A stretch of 64,000 nt of DNA, taken from assembly GCA_050250855.1 (NCBI GenBank), contig JBFWNW010000001.1:224001-288000 (forward strand), given 5' to 3'. Below, one piece after another: positions 21,531-31,222 of this stretch; within the stretch, counting starts at the first letter, position 1, and every line of letters begins with the position of its first letter. Under the pieces are notes generated by a model. The model was not told the DNA's origin. It saw nothing but the letters and a program-made list of their open reading frames with translations, and made no database searches. This stretch comes from Candidatus Babeliales bacterium (lineage in GTDB: Bacteria; Babelota; Babeliae; Babelales; JACPOV01). A program made the translations under genes and the position numbers.

Positions 21531-24242
21531 TTATCCTTGCTCTATGACTGTAACAAAAGAACCTTGTGTCGCTTTATTGACAAAGAAATGTACCGGGAAT
21601 TGATCTTTCATGGTAGGTAAGTGAGAAACAATAATTACTTTCGCAAAATTGTCTTGGATTTTTAAAATGGCATCCATGATATGGTTTAAGCCTTCTTCGT
21701 CTTGAGAGCCAAAGCCTTCATCAATAATAAGAGTTTGTAATGAAGTTCCAGCTCTGCGTGCAAGTAGTTTTGAAATAGCAATACGTAGTGCAAAATCTAT
21801 ACGGAAAGCTTCACCGCCAGAAAAAAGCTCATAAGGTCGAATGCCCATAGGGTCAGATATTTTGATATCAAGCGTTTCTTTAGTGCCGCCTTTTTTAAGG
21901 TCACGGAGAGATTCAATAATAATATGTGCTTGATTGTTAGTTAGTTCTGCCAGTAAATTATTTGCTTCATATTCTATTTCTGGAAGCGCATCTTCTATGA
22001 GTAGTGCTTGCACGCCATCTTTTGATAATGCCGTTGCTAAAATAGCATAATCATGATGCGTCGCAATAAGAGATTCTATGGTTTTTTGATGTTCTTTATA
22101 TTCTGTTTTCTGCTTTTGAATCGTTTTTTGTTCTTGCTCAAGACTTCCTTTTTTGTGTACTAAAGCTTCTTTGTTTTTTTTGAGTGCTTCAGTATTTGTA
22201 TGAAGTTCCTGTTCTTTGTGCAGGAGTGTATTTTTTTGTTCATCTAGGTGTATTGCTTTGAGTGCATCTTCTTTTTGGCGTATATCTTTTTTGTGGATTT
22301 TGAATTCTGCACACGCTTTGAAAAAATCTTTTTTGCGTTCTTCTTGTTGGCTTATCTGATGAAGAGATGTTAGCAATTCTTCCTCTTGCGCTGTTAATGC
22401 TTGCAGAAGATCTATAGCCTTTTTATGTTCTTCACTCTTATAGTTAAGAGCTTTGGTTTCTTCAATAATATCCTGTATTACTTTTTTTTGTTGCTTATAT
22501 GTTTCATGCTGCTCCAGGGATAGCGGTAAAGCAGTTTCTTCTGTGCTGATAATTTGCTTTAAAGCTTCATATTCTTGTTTGAGCGCGGTGATTAAAGTAG
22601 TAAATTCTTGTTCTTTTGTACTTAGAGCAGTGATCTCTTGCCGTTTGGCCGCTTCTTTTTTCTGCAATTCTTTCAAACGTAGTGTTATAATTTGTGTACT
22701 TTCTTTAGTGCTGCGCATTGATTCAATCTGTTTGTGCTGTTCTACTAAAAGTTCTTTTAGTTTGGGTAGAATGTGTGAAAATCTTTTGAATTGATGGCGA
22801 AGCGTTTGCTCCTGTTTTGCAAATTGCGCTTTTAAAAATTTTTTACGTGAAGCAGAAAGATTTTGTTCGCACAAAGGGCAGCTAGGATTGTGAGGATCTT
22901 GAATGAATCCCTTCTTTTGCTCAAGTTCTTTGAGCGTGCTATTGACTATATTTGCACGAGCAACCCACGTATGATAAAAATATTTTCTTTTTTCAAACTG
23001 CTTTTCAAGAGCAGGATCTTCAGCTTTGTGTAAAGCAAGCGTAGCTTTAAGTTCTTCTTGCTCTTTACTATAAGCTTCGAGTTCTTTTTTAGAGAGTACG
23101 GTTTGGGTGCCAATGGTTTGCAGAGTTTCTTCTTGGTGTTTTATGGTGCTTGCAAGGCGTTCGGCAGCAAGTTGTTTTTTATGAATTTCTTGCAAATATT
23201 GTTCTTTAAACTGAGCAATTATTGTTTGTTCTCGCTCTTTTTCTTGCAGATAAAGTTCTTTAAATGCTAAAAGTTCACTTTGTTTTGCTGAATATTCATC
23301 CGCTTTTTTAGCTACGTTACTTTTTTCAGTTTTTATCTGCTCAAGAGAGGGAAGTTGTTTTTGTTTTTTGTGCACTGAGCGCCACGTAGTAAAGTTTTTG
23401 AGAAGCTCTTCTTCTATTTTTTTTTGTTCTTTTCTTTGTTGTTCAAGTTCATACGTTTTACGAGCACGTTCTTGTTCTTTTCCTGCAAGAACAATTTTTT
23501 CTTGTTCTAGGTTTTGTTGTTGCTGATGTAGATTTTTTTCTTGCAAAGCGATTTGTTCTAACTCAGAAGAAACTTTTTTGAGTTCTTCTTCTAAGACAGG
23601 TTCATGGGCTACATCCTGTGCCAAACGTTCTTGCAATTGCTTTAAATGCTCACTATCTTGCACGGCTTGTTTAGCTTTATCAAGAGCAGCTTTGCGAATT
23701 GATTCATACGTATCAAGTTGCAAAATAGATGCTAAAATTTCTTTACGTTCTTTTGGTGATTTTTTTGAAAATTCATTAGCTTGTCCTTGGCGCAAGAATG
23801 CTGTATTAACAAACGTTTCAAAGCTCAGGCCAAGCATTTTTTCAATAGTTTCTTGTGTGCCGCGTATCGTTTTTTCTGTTAAAGGTTTGAGCGTATCTGT
23901 TTCTTGTTCAAGTACACCAAATTCTAACGAGGCATAAGGGTTACCATTGCGCGTTAAGGCAAATTCACGACGTACGCGATAGGTTTGATTATTAAAATAA
24001 AAATCGAATATGACAAGCATGCTCGTTTGGCCTAAACGCAAAAGTTGAGCATCTGGCTTGAGTGTTCCTGTTGTTTTACGCGCTTGTCCCCAGAGCGCCC
24101 AGGTCATGGCATCAAGCAGAGCAGATTTGCCATGTCCATTTTTGCCACTCAAACAAATAAGCGGATAATTACCGAAATTGATTTCTTGAAGTTGCGAGCC
24201 GTAACTTAAAAAGTTTTTAATCTGTAGTTTTAAAGGAATCAT
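21531..24242 (-). CDS. sbcC: SbcC/Rad50-type SMC-family ATPase
   Basis: Walker A GKNGHGKS, long coiled coil with CPLC zinc hook, FSGGE signature, IIDEGFGSQD. Confidence 0.9.
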   Translation of the reverse strand: MIPLKLQIKNFLSYGSQLQEINFGNYPLICLSGKNGHGKSALLDAMTWALWGQARKTTGTLKPDAQLLRLGQTSMLVIFDFYFNNQTYRVRREFALTRNGNPYASLEFGVLEQETDTLKPLTEKTIRGTQETIEKMLGLSFETFVNTAFLRQGQANEFSKKSPKERKEILASILQLDTYESIRKAALDKAKQAVQDSEHLKQLQERLAQDVAHEPVLEEELKKVSSELEQIALQEKNLHQQQQNLEQEKIVLAGKEQERARKTYELEQQRKEQKKIEEELLKNFTTWRSVHKKQKQLPSLEQIKTEKSNVAKKADEYSAKQSELLAFKELYLQEKEREQTIIAQFKEQYLQEIHKKQLAAERLASTIKHQEETLQTIGTQTVLSKKELEAYSKEQEELKATLALHKAEDPALEKQFEKRKYFYHTWVARANIVNSTLKELEQKKGFIQDPHNPSCPLCEQNLSASRKKFLKAQFAKQEQTLRHQFKRFSHILPKLKELLVEQHKQIESMRSTKESTQIITLRLKELQKKEAAKRQEITALSTKEQEFTTLITALKQEYEALKQIISTEETALPLSLEQHETYKQQKKVIQDIIEETKALNYKSEEHKKAIDLLQALTAQEEELLTSLHQISQQEERKKDFFKACAEFKIHKKDIRQKEDALKAIHLDEQKNTLLHKEQELHTNTEALKKNKEALVHKKGSLEQEQKTIQKQKTEYKEHQKTIESLIATHHDYAILATALSKDGVQALLIEDALPEIEYEANNLLAELTNNQAHIIIESLRDLKKGGTKETLDIKISDPMGIRPYELFSGGEAFRIDFALRIAISKLLARRAGTSLQTLIIDEGFGSQDEEGLNHIMDAILKIQDNFAKVIIVSHLPTMKDQFPVHFFVNKATQGSFVTVIEQG

Positions 24243-24298
24243 AATGCTGACCTATATTTTTTCTTTTAGTGTATAGGTAAGATTATGATTTAACAAAT

Positions 24299-25000
24299 TT
24301 AACTTTTTTTTAGAAGATTACTGACTTCATCTTTTGAAAGTAAGCGCCACATGCCGGGCTTGAGCCCTTTTTTTGTTAAGCCAGCAAAGCGTATGCGGTC
24401 AAGTTTTTTTACGTCATAATCAAGCTCTGCAAAGAGACGACGAATGACCCGTTTTTTGCCGCTGTGGAGGGTAACGAATACAATCGCTTTATTTTTAGGA
24501 TCATCTTTGAGACTATCAACTTTAATAAGTCCATCTCTTAACCTGATTCCTTTTTTTATCATACTTTTGTGTTCAGATAAAAGCGGCTTATCAAGAGTGA
24601 CTTCGTATACTTTTTGTATGCCGTGGCGCGGGTGGCCAAGATCTTGTGCTAACTGGCCATCATTGGTCAGTACTATTAATCCGGTAGTGTCACGATCTAA
24701 GCGCCCAATAGAAAAAAGACGTTTTTTTTGTGCCAAAGGGATAAGTTCAAAAATTGTTTTTCTACCAAATTCATCATCCGTAGAACTTACATATCCTTTT
24801 GGTTTGTTTAAAAGAATGTATGTTTTTTCTTCAACTTTAATAAGTTTGCCATTGAACTTAACAGAATCTTTAGGTTGTACTTTATAGGTAGGTTCACTGA
24901 CAATAACACCATTAACCGTAACAAGCTCATCTTTAATAAGCTCAACCGCTTTTCTACGAGAACAAATGCCTGCTTGTGCAAGGTAATGGTTTAAAAACAT
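24299..25000 (-). CDS. rRNA pseudouridine synthase, RsuA/RluB family
   Basis: S4 domain SRRKA, LNKPKG, GRLDRDTTGL. Confidence 0.95.
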   Translation of the reverse strand: MFLNHYLAQAGICSRRKAVELIKDELVTVNGVIVSEPTYKVQPKDSVKFNGKLIKVEEKTYILLNKPKGYVSSTDDEFGRKTIFELIPLAQKKRLFSIGRLDRDTTGLIVLTNDGQLAQDLGHPRHGIQKVYEVTLDKPLLSEHKSMIKKGIRLRDGLIKVDSLKDDPKNKAIVFVTLHSGKKRVIRRLFAELDYDVKKLDRIRFAGLTKKGLKPGMWRLLSKDEVSNLLKKS

Positions 25001-25002
25001 TG

Positions 25003-25578
25003 TTATGAAGCCTTTTCAGTATTTTTTTGTTCTATTAAATCGTATATTTTTTGTATGTAGCTATTATCAGGGTATTGATTAGCAAGATTAATAACTTTTG
25101 TGGTTATATTATTAGAAATGGGCAAATCATTATTTTTAATAATTTTTTCAAAATCTTCATATTCATTTTTTCCAATGTATTCTTCTTTTTCAAGAATGCG
25201 ATACAAGACCCCTTCAAATGCTTCTGGATTTAATTGATTTTTCCAATCGCATTGCTTTTCTTTGTGCGTAAAGCCAAGGAATTTTTTTTCTTCACAATGC
25301 TTAATTAATGCTTTTACATAGTTAGGTAAAGCCGGATCATAAGGATTGTTATTGATAATTTGTACTAAGCCGTCTTTAGTTTGATCGGCATTGATTTTAT
25401 TTTGCGCATGGAGGCCTAGCAATGCTGCTGGCTGTTTTCCTTTTATTGCTTCTTTTTGTCTTGTCTCAGAATTAAGATGCAGCGGTTTGTTTTCTGAGTC
25501 CGAACTCCAAGGGTTATACCATGAACATTGAACGGATGTTGAAAAAAGCATAATAAACACTAAAAGATGATTTTTCAT
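25003..25578 (-). CDS. Exported hypothetical protein
   Basis: Signal-peptide-like N-terminus; no recognised motif. Confidence 0.7.
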   Translation of the reverse strand: MKNHLLVFIMLFSTSVQCSWYNPWSSDSENKPLHLNSETRQKEAIKGKQPAALLGLHAQNKINADQTKDGLVQIINNNPYDPALPNYVKALIKHCEEKKFLGFTHKEKQCDWKNQLNPEAFEGVLYRILEKEEYIGKNEYEDFEKIIKNNDLPISNNITTKVINLANQYPDNSYIQKIYDLIEQKNTEKAS

Positions 25579-25746
25579 AGATAGTCCTTCAAGCTGAAAT
25601 ATTCTTTATTGAGAGCTATTTTTATAGTGTCTTTAAGAATTCCAAAGATCGCCTTATTTGTCAAGGTAATGTAGCATGATAAGAAGCATACAGTTGTTAT
25701 TTTTAGTATACTGTATTACAGTTTTTTTGAAAGGTAAGGAGACATT

Positions 25747-27141
25747 ATGCAAGACCATATTTTTCGGCAATATGATATTCGGGGTAAAGTAGGGCAAGAG
25801 CTTCTCTTAGATCAGGTCTATGATTTGGCTAAAGCTATTGTTTATTATTTTGTACAAAAGAATCCTGCACTCAAAACCATAGCAGTTGGTGCTGATGGCA
25901 GAACCCATTCGCCGGCCATCAAGCAAGAACTTTGTCGAGCGCTGCAGGATAGTGGTATTGATGTACTTTTTGTAGGTACCTGCCCAACGCCTGTTTTGTA
26001 TTTTTCTCTGTTTAATCTGCCCGTAGATGCGGGGCTTATGATTACCGCTTCCCATAATGGTAAAGAATATAATGGGATTAAAATCTGTTTGGGTAAAGAA
26101 TCGGTATGGGGAAGTCAGATTCAGGAAATAAAAGCTTTATATGCTCAAAAAGCTGCGGTTAAGGCTGAGCATAGGGGCTCCTATAAAGAATATAATCTTA
26201 TTGAAGATTACACTGATTGGATGGTCAAAAAATTCCCTCATTTAGTAAATATGGACATTGCTGCCGTTGTTGATTGTGGTAATGGTGCAGCTGGAACCGT
26301 GTGGCCCATGCTTATTAAAAAAATGCAGTGGAAGAAGGTAGATTTACTCTTTCCTGAAGTTGATGGCACCTACCCAAATCATGAAGCCGACCCTATTGTT
26401 GAAGAAAATATGCTAGATGTAAAAAAAAACCTTCTTTCTGGTTGCTATGATGTTGGCTTGGGGCTTGATGGGGATTGCGATCGCATGACGCCCATGACCA
26501 AACAGGGGCAGCTGGTGCAAGGAGATAAAGTTTTAGCTCTTTTTGCCCAAGATATTATTAAAAATCATCCCAAAGCACCAATTGTTTTTGATATTAAATG
26601 TTCATCCGGCCTTGCGGACGTTATTGCTGCCGTTGGTGGTCTTCCTTGTATTTCCCCTTCCGGACATTCTATTATTAAAGATCAAATGAAAAAGCAAAAA
26701 GCATTATTGGCCGGTGAATTAAGCTGCCACTTTTTTTTCCATGATCGCTACTTTGGGTACGATGATGGCAACTATGCAGCGCTGCGCCTTTTTGAGCTTC
26801 TCGTTCAATCTGGTAAAACGCTGCAAGAACTATTGACTATTTTTCCCGAAAAATGGAGTACGCCGGAAATTCGCATAGCGTGCGACCAGCATGCCATGGC
26901 GTCTATTGTTGAGCATGTCAAAGAGCACTTTATAAAAGAGGCAAAAGGAGAGATAATGACAATTGATGGAATTCGCGTTACGATGAGCTATGGATGGGGC
27001 ATGGTGCGTTCATCAAACACGCAGCCAGTTATATGTTTAAGGTTTGAATCTGATAGTCAGGCAGGATTGCAGCAGATCAAACAAGATTTTAAGGGTGCTT
27101 TAGAACCATATTTAAGTAAAGAAGCATTGATGCACTTATAG
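25747..27141 (+). CDS. Phosphomannomutase/phosphoglucomutase
   Basis: YDIRG, ITASHN, DGDCDR, GELSCH, RSSNTQP. Confidence 0.95.
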   Translation: MQDHIFRQYDIRGKVGQELLLDQVYDLAKAIVYYFVQKNPALKTIAVGADGRTHSPAIKQELCRALQDSGIDVLFVGTCPTPVLYFSLFNLPVDAGLMITASHNGKEYNGIKICLGKESVWGSQIQEIKALYAQKAAVKAEHRGSYKEYNLIEDYTDWMVKKFPHLVNMDIAAVVDCGNGAAGTVWPMLIKKMQWKKVDLLFPEVDGTYPNHEADPIVEENMLDVKKNLLSGCYDVGLGLDGDCDRMTPMTKQGQLVQGDKVLALFAQDIIKNHPKAPIVFDIKCSSGLADVIAAVGGLPCISPSGHSIIKDQMKKQKALLAGELSCHFFFHDRYFGYDDGNYAALRLFELLVQSGKTLQELLTIFPEKWSTPEIRIACDQHAMASIVEHVKEHFIKEAKGEIMTIDGIRVTMSYGWGMVRSSNTQPVICLRFESDSQAGLQQIKQDFKGALEPYLSKEALMHL

Positions 27142-27151
27142 AGTTATTGTC

Positions 27152-27988
27152 ATGAGAACGATTGGTTTACATTTGCGTATTTTTTCTGATTTGGTGGCAA
27201 CAGCACATCAGGCGCTTGCTTTGCAATTGCCAACGTTCCAATGTTTTTTAATGTATCAAGAAACAAAAAGACCACTGAGACCTAGTCAGAAAAATATTCA
27301 ACAATTTCTTGTATTACGCCAACAGTTCAAGGAGCTTTTTGTTCATGGTTCTTATTGGATAAACTTGTGTGGCGTTAATGCAGAAAAAAGCTTACATGTT
27401 CTTAAGAAAGAGCTTGATGTAGCAAAACGATGTGGTTTTTCTCATTACATTTTACACCCAGGTTCTTCGAATGGTCTTTATGAACGAGAAAAAGGCATTG
27501 AATGCTTGATTAGTACGCTGAATAATCTTACTGACCATGAGCAAGATATTACTATCGTTCTAGAAAATACGGCTCATGGAGGCATGAGTGTTGGCGGTGA
27601 TTTTGCAGATTTTGTTTATATTCTAGAGCGTCTTGATTATCCAGAGCGTATTAAGTTTTGTTTAGATACGGCACATGCTTATGCATTTGGCTATGATATT
27701 GTAACGGCACGAGAAGATTTTTTTAAACGTATAGAGCAAACAATAGGATTTTCATCATTGGCAGTTATACATTTGAATGATACGCAAGAGTCTCTCGGGT
27801 TAAAGCGAGATAGGCATGAAGCGCCTGGTCAAGGTAATATCGGTATTGAAGCATTGCAAGCTATTGCCATGGATGAACGGTTGAAGCATATTCCATTAAT
27901 TTTGGAAACGCCGCAATGTTCGCTTGAAGAACAAAAAAGTATTATAGCATTAATACATGGTTGGCATGAAAATAAGGAGAAAGAGTGA
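27152..27988 (+). CDS. nfo: Endonuclease IV
   Basis: HGSYWINL, HPGS, ENTA, CLDTAH, HLND, DRH, ILETP. Confidence 0.95.
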   Translation: MRTIGLHLRIFSDLVATAHQALALQLPTFQCFLMYQETKRPLRPSQKNIQQFLVLRQQFKELFVHGSYWINLCGVNAEKSLHVLKKELDVAKRCGFSHYILHPGSSNGLYEREKGIECLISTLNNLTDHEQDITIVLENTAHGGMSVGGDFADFVYILERLDYPERIKFCLDTAHAYAFGYDIVTAREDFFKRIEQTIGFSSLAVIHLNDTQESLGLKRDRHEAPGQGNIGIEALQAIAMDERLKHIPLILETPQCSLEEQKSIIALIHGWHENKEKE

Positions 27989-29001
27989 GAATAGCAATTA
28001 ATGGTTTTGGAAGAATAGGAAAAAATTTTTTACGCACTATTATGCTTGATCCAGCAGCATTGCATGGACTTGACGTTGCTGTTATTAATATTGGTCCGGC
28101 AGATAAAGAGTATGTAGGTCTTTTTTTTAAGTACGACACTATTATGGGCCATTATCCAGGGACCGTGGAGCAAAGAGGTTCTACCTTAATTATCGATGGT
28201 AAATCAATAGAAATTATACAAGAACTAGATCCATTACAATGTCCTTGGAAAAAAATGTCGATTGATTGGGTAGTTGATTGTTCGGGTAAATTTACCACGC
28301 GCGCAGGAGCAGAAAAGCATTTGAAAGCGGGAGCAGGTGCAGTACTTATTTCAGCGCCAGCAAAGGATGAAGATATTTCTATTGTTCCTGGTGTTAATGA
28401 ATCACTATATAAAAAAAGTAATCATAAAATAGTTTCTCTTGGCAGTTGTACAACCAATGCATTTTGCACCATGCTTAAAGTATTGCATGATGAACTTACT
28501 GTTGAATCTGGTTATATGACAACCGTGCACTCGTACACAAACTCGCAAGCATTGCTTGATCTTCCTATGGACGCTAAAGATCCACGGCGTTCACGCGCTG
28601 CTGCTCTTAATATTGTGCCGACATCGACGGGTGCTGCAAGAATGGTAGATATTATTTTTCCTGAATTGAAAGGAAAAATAAATGCATCGGCAGTGCGCGT
28701 TCCAGTCGGCAATGTTTCTCTGGTAGATTTTGTTTTTTCTGCTAAAAAAAATGCGTCAGTCAAGCAGTTGAATGATCTGTTTATGCTGGCAGCAACAACA
28801 TCGCTTAAAGGTATTGTTGATGTGGCAACCGAACCATTAGTTTCTAGTGATTTTATTGGCGATGCCGCTTCTGTTATTATTGATACGCTTTCAACAAGCG
28901 CGAATGGACCATTAATGCATGTTGCAGGATGGTATGATAATGAATGGGGTTACAGCTCTCGCATGAAAGATTTTTTACTTTTTATTAAAGGAATGGCATG
29001 A
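27985..29001 (+). CDS. gap: Glyceraldehyde-3-phosphate dehydrogenase
   Basis: INGFGRIG, SCTTN, PTSTGAA, WYDNEWGYS. Confidence 0.97.
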   Translation: MRIAINGFGRIGKNFLRTIMLDPAALHGLDVAVINIGPADKEYVGLFFKYDTIMGHYPGTVEQRGSTLIIDGKSIEIIQELDPLQCPWKKMSIDWVVDCSGKFTTRAGAEKHLKAGAGAVLISAPAKDEDISIVPGVNESLYKKSNHKIVSLGSCTTNAFCTMLKVLHDELTVESGYMTTVHSYTNSQALLDLPMDAKDPRRSRAAALNIVPTSTGAARMVDIIFPELKGKINASAVRVPVGNVSLVDFVFSAKKNASVKQLNDLFMLAATTSLKGIVDVATEPLVSSDFIGDAASVIIDTLSTSANGPLMHVAGWYDNEWGYSSRMKDFLLFIKGMA

Positions 29002-29783
29002 AAAGAGCATCTTTGTTTGCGTTGCTGCTAATTGCAGCATTGCATGCATCAGATTCTGAAAATAGTTTTGTACATATTAGTTCTGATAATGAAAGTCAAA
29101 AATCTTTTGTTTTGTTGGGTAGTTCTCATTCTTCAGTAAGAGCACAGGCTTCACCTGATTCTCAGAGTTTAGATAACTCAGATTCCTCAATGGAAAAGCA
29201 CTATTCAAGCTGCCAAGGCTCTGAAGATGAAGATAATTTTGGTATTAAACCTCAAAAACCAAGATCATTTGCTAGTGTTGTTGGGCAAGAACCTAAGGAA
29301 AATGAGTTTTATATTGAATTTAAAGATGGACCATTTAGAAATATTATAAGTGAGATTTACTTTAAGGGTGGCAGTTCTAATTATGAACTTTCTGAAACGC
29401 AAAAGGAGCCGAAATATTATTCTTTTTTTTGTATTCCTTTGCTGTGTATAAAAAAACCTGTAGAGGCAAAGCCTGCATATTATGATGATGCGCTTAATTT
29501 GTATAAAAAAATAGAAGAGGTTGTCAGCAAAAATAGTGGCACTCTTAGTCCAGGAAAAGCCAATGCTGAACACGTAATTGGGCTTAACCTGAATATGCCA
29601 TGGTCTGAGCAAGAGGGATTTGCTTTTATACAGAACGATTTAGCTTTTTTTGAAAAGTATATAAAGGAAACTGGTACGCTTGAGCCCGAGTTTCAACCTG
29701 CAGTAGAGCAAGAAGAGATTGGTGTGCGATCTTCTACGAAGAATAGTGATAGCAGTAGTAATAGTAAAGAACATATGGAATAA
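28998..29783 (+). CDS. Exported Ser-rich hypothetical protein
   Basis: Signal peptide, low-complexity Ser/Asp termini; ATGA overlap with gap stop. Confidence 0.7.
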   Translation: MKRASLFALLLIAALHASDSENSFVHISSDNESQKSFVLLGSSHSSVRAQASPDSQSLDNSDSSMEKHYSSCQGSEDEDNFGIKPQKPRSFASVVGQEPKENEFYIEFKDGPFRNIISEIYFKGGSSNYELSETQKEPKYYSFFCIPLLCIKKPVEAKPAYYDDALNLYKKIEEVVSKNSGTLSPGKANAEHVIGLNLNMPWSEQEGFAFIQNDLAFFEKYIKETGTLEPEFQPAVEQEEIGVRSSTKNSDSSSNSKEHME

Positions 29784-29846
29784 ATGAACCATTTTTCTTC
29801 ACAAATTCCTAAATTTCTGTATTATAGAGCTAACATATCTTAAGTG

Positions 29847-29923
29847 GGGCCCATAGCTCAGTTGGTCAGAGCAATCGGCTCATAACCGAGAGGTCCCAGG
29901 TTCAAGTCCTGGTGGGCCCACCA
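29847..29923 (+). tRNA. tRNA with CAT anticodon, probably Ile2 (lysidine)
   Basis: GGGCCCA/TGGGCCC acceptor stem, loop CTCATAA, TTCAA T-loop, CCA end; acceptor resembles Ile2 rather than Met. Confidence 0.9.
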
Positions 29924-29986
29924 CAAAGAGCATGTCTATCCCTTATACGGTATCAGTACGCAAAACCATACGAAGGGTTTTAAGCT

Positions 29987-30694
29987 ATGAATCAACAATC
30001 TTTACAAACGTTAATTGCTTTAGTTGAATTTGATCAAGAGCTATTGGCTGTAGAACGATCAGTTGAAAAGCTTCAATATGAACTTGAGGAAGCGCGAAAA
30101 GAATCTACGTTATGCCATGAAGGCCTTGATCGCGTGCAAACAGCAAAGCATGTTTACAAGAAAGAAGTTGACCTTAAAGAGCTTGAAATGAAAACGCTTG
30201 ATCAAGAGCAAAAAGATGCGCGTAAACGGCTTGATGGTGCTGCAAATCAGCGAGAATATAATTCTGTATTAAAAGAAGTTGAAGCGCTGCAAAAAAAGCA
30301 AAATATCCTGGAAGAAGAGTTGCTTGCTTTGTGGAAAAAGTATGAGCATGCGGAAGCTGAAGTAAAAGAAAGAAAAGTTGAGTGCGATAACAGACTTGTT
30401 TCTTTAAACACCGTCATTACTGAAAAAATGCAAGCTATAAATAGTATGCAAGAAAAGTTAGCGGAGCTTAAAAAAGTACGTGATGAAAAAGTAAAAAATG
30501 TTCCTGAAGAACTTATGGAAAAATACAATGCTATGTACAAGCAGGTAGCAAATCCTATCGTCCCTATTGGAAAAAATAGTTGCTCTGCGTGTTTTTATCC
30601 TTTAACAAGGCAAATGGTTATTGATACGCAGCAAGGAAAACTATTGCAGTGCAAGGATTGTTTTAGATTTTTATATTACAAAGAAGGTTTGTAA
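29987..30694 (+). CDS. Coiled-coil protein with C4 zinc ribbon (CT398/HP0958-like)
   Basis: Long coiled coil, CSAC...CKDC.R.LY C-terminus; next to RNase HI. Confidence 0.88.
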   Translation: MNQQSLQTLIALVEFDQELLAVERSVEKLQYELEEARKESTLCHEGLDRVQTAKHVYKKEVDLKELEMKTLDQEQKDARKRLDGAANQREYNSVLKEVEALQKKQNILEEELLALWKKYEHAEAEVKERKVECDNRLVSLNTVITEKMQAINSMQEKLAELKKVRDEKVKNVPEELMEKYNAMYKQVANPIVPIGKNSCSACFYPLTRQMVIDTQQGKLLQCKDCFRFLYYKEGL

Positions 30695-30706
30695 GAGTTT
30701 AAACTG

Positions 30707-31222
30707 ATGAAGCAATTAACCTTTTTTAATGATTGTACTGATCCTATTAAACCATTAGAAAAAGATTCACAATCTTGGAAACTTTTTATTGATGGTGCAT
30801 CACGCAATAACCCTGGCCGTTCTGGTGCAGGAGTGTATCTGTTAAAGAATGAAGAACCTGTTTATAAAGAAGGTTTTTATTTAGGTATTAAAACGAATAA
30901 TCAAGCAGAATATTTAGCATTATTGCTGGGTATTTTTTCAGTAAAAAATTTATTAAATCCTGAAGATATTTTATATGTTGTTTCTGATTCTGAGCTTTTA
31001 GTCAGACAAATTAAGGGGGAGTACAAAGTTAAAAAGCCAGAACTAAAACTTCTTTACACGTGTGTTTTTTCTATGCTCAAAGATATTAACTATTCTTTTT
31101 GCCATGTACTGCGCCATTTGAATAAAGAGGCTGATGCATTAGCAAATAAAGGCATAGATGATGGTACGCCAGTTCCTCAAGATTTTTCTTTACTGCTTGC
31201 AAACCATGGTTTTAAACTCTAG
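30707..31222 (+). CDS. rnhA: Ribonuclease HI
   Basis: DGASRNNPG, TNNQAEY, SDSELLVRQ, NKEADALAN. Confidence 0.93.
   Translation: MKQLTFFNDCTDPIKPLEKDSQSWKLFIDGASRNNPGRSGAGVYLLKNEEPVYKEGFYLGIKTNNQAEYLALLLGIFSVKNLLNPEDILYVVSDSELLVRQIKGEYKVKKPELKLLYTCVFSMLKDINYSFCHVLRHLNKEADALANKGIDDGTPVPQDFSLLLANHGFKL

Noticed and set aside
29987..31222. Zinc-ribbon plus RNase HI pair as a novel system
   Set aside because: This adjacency is already known from other bacteria such as Actinobacteria.
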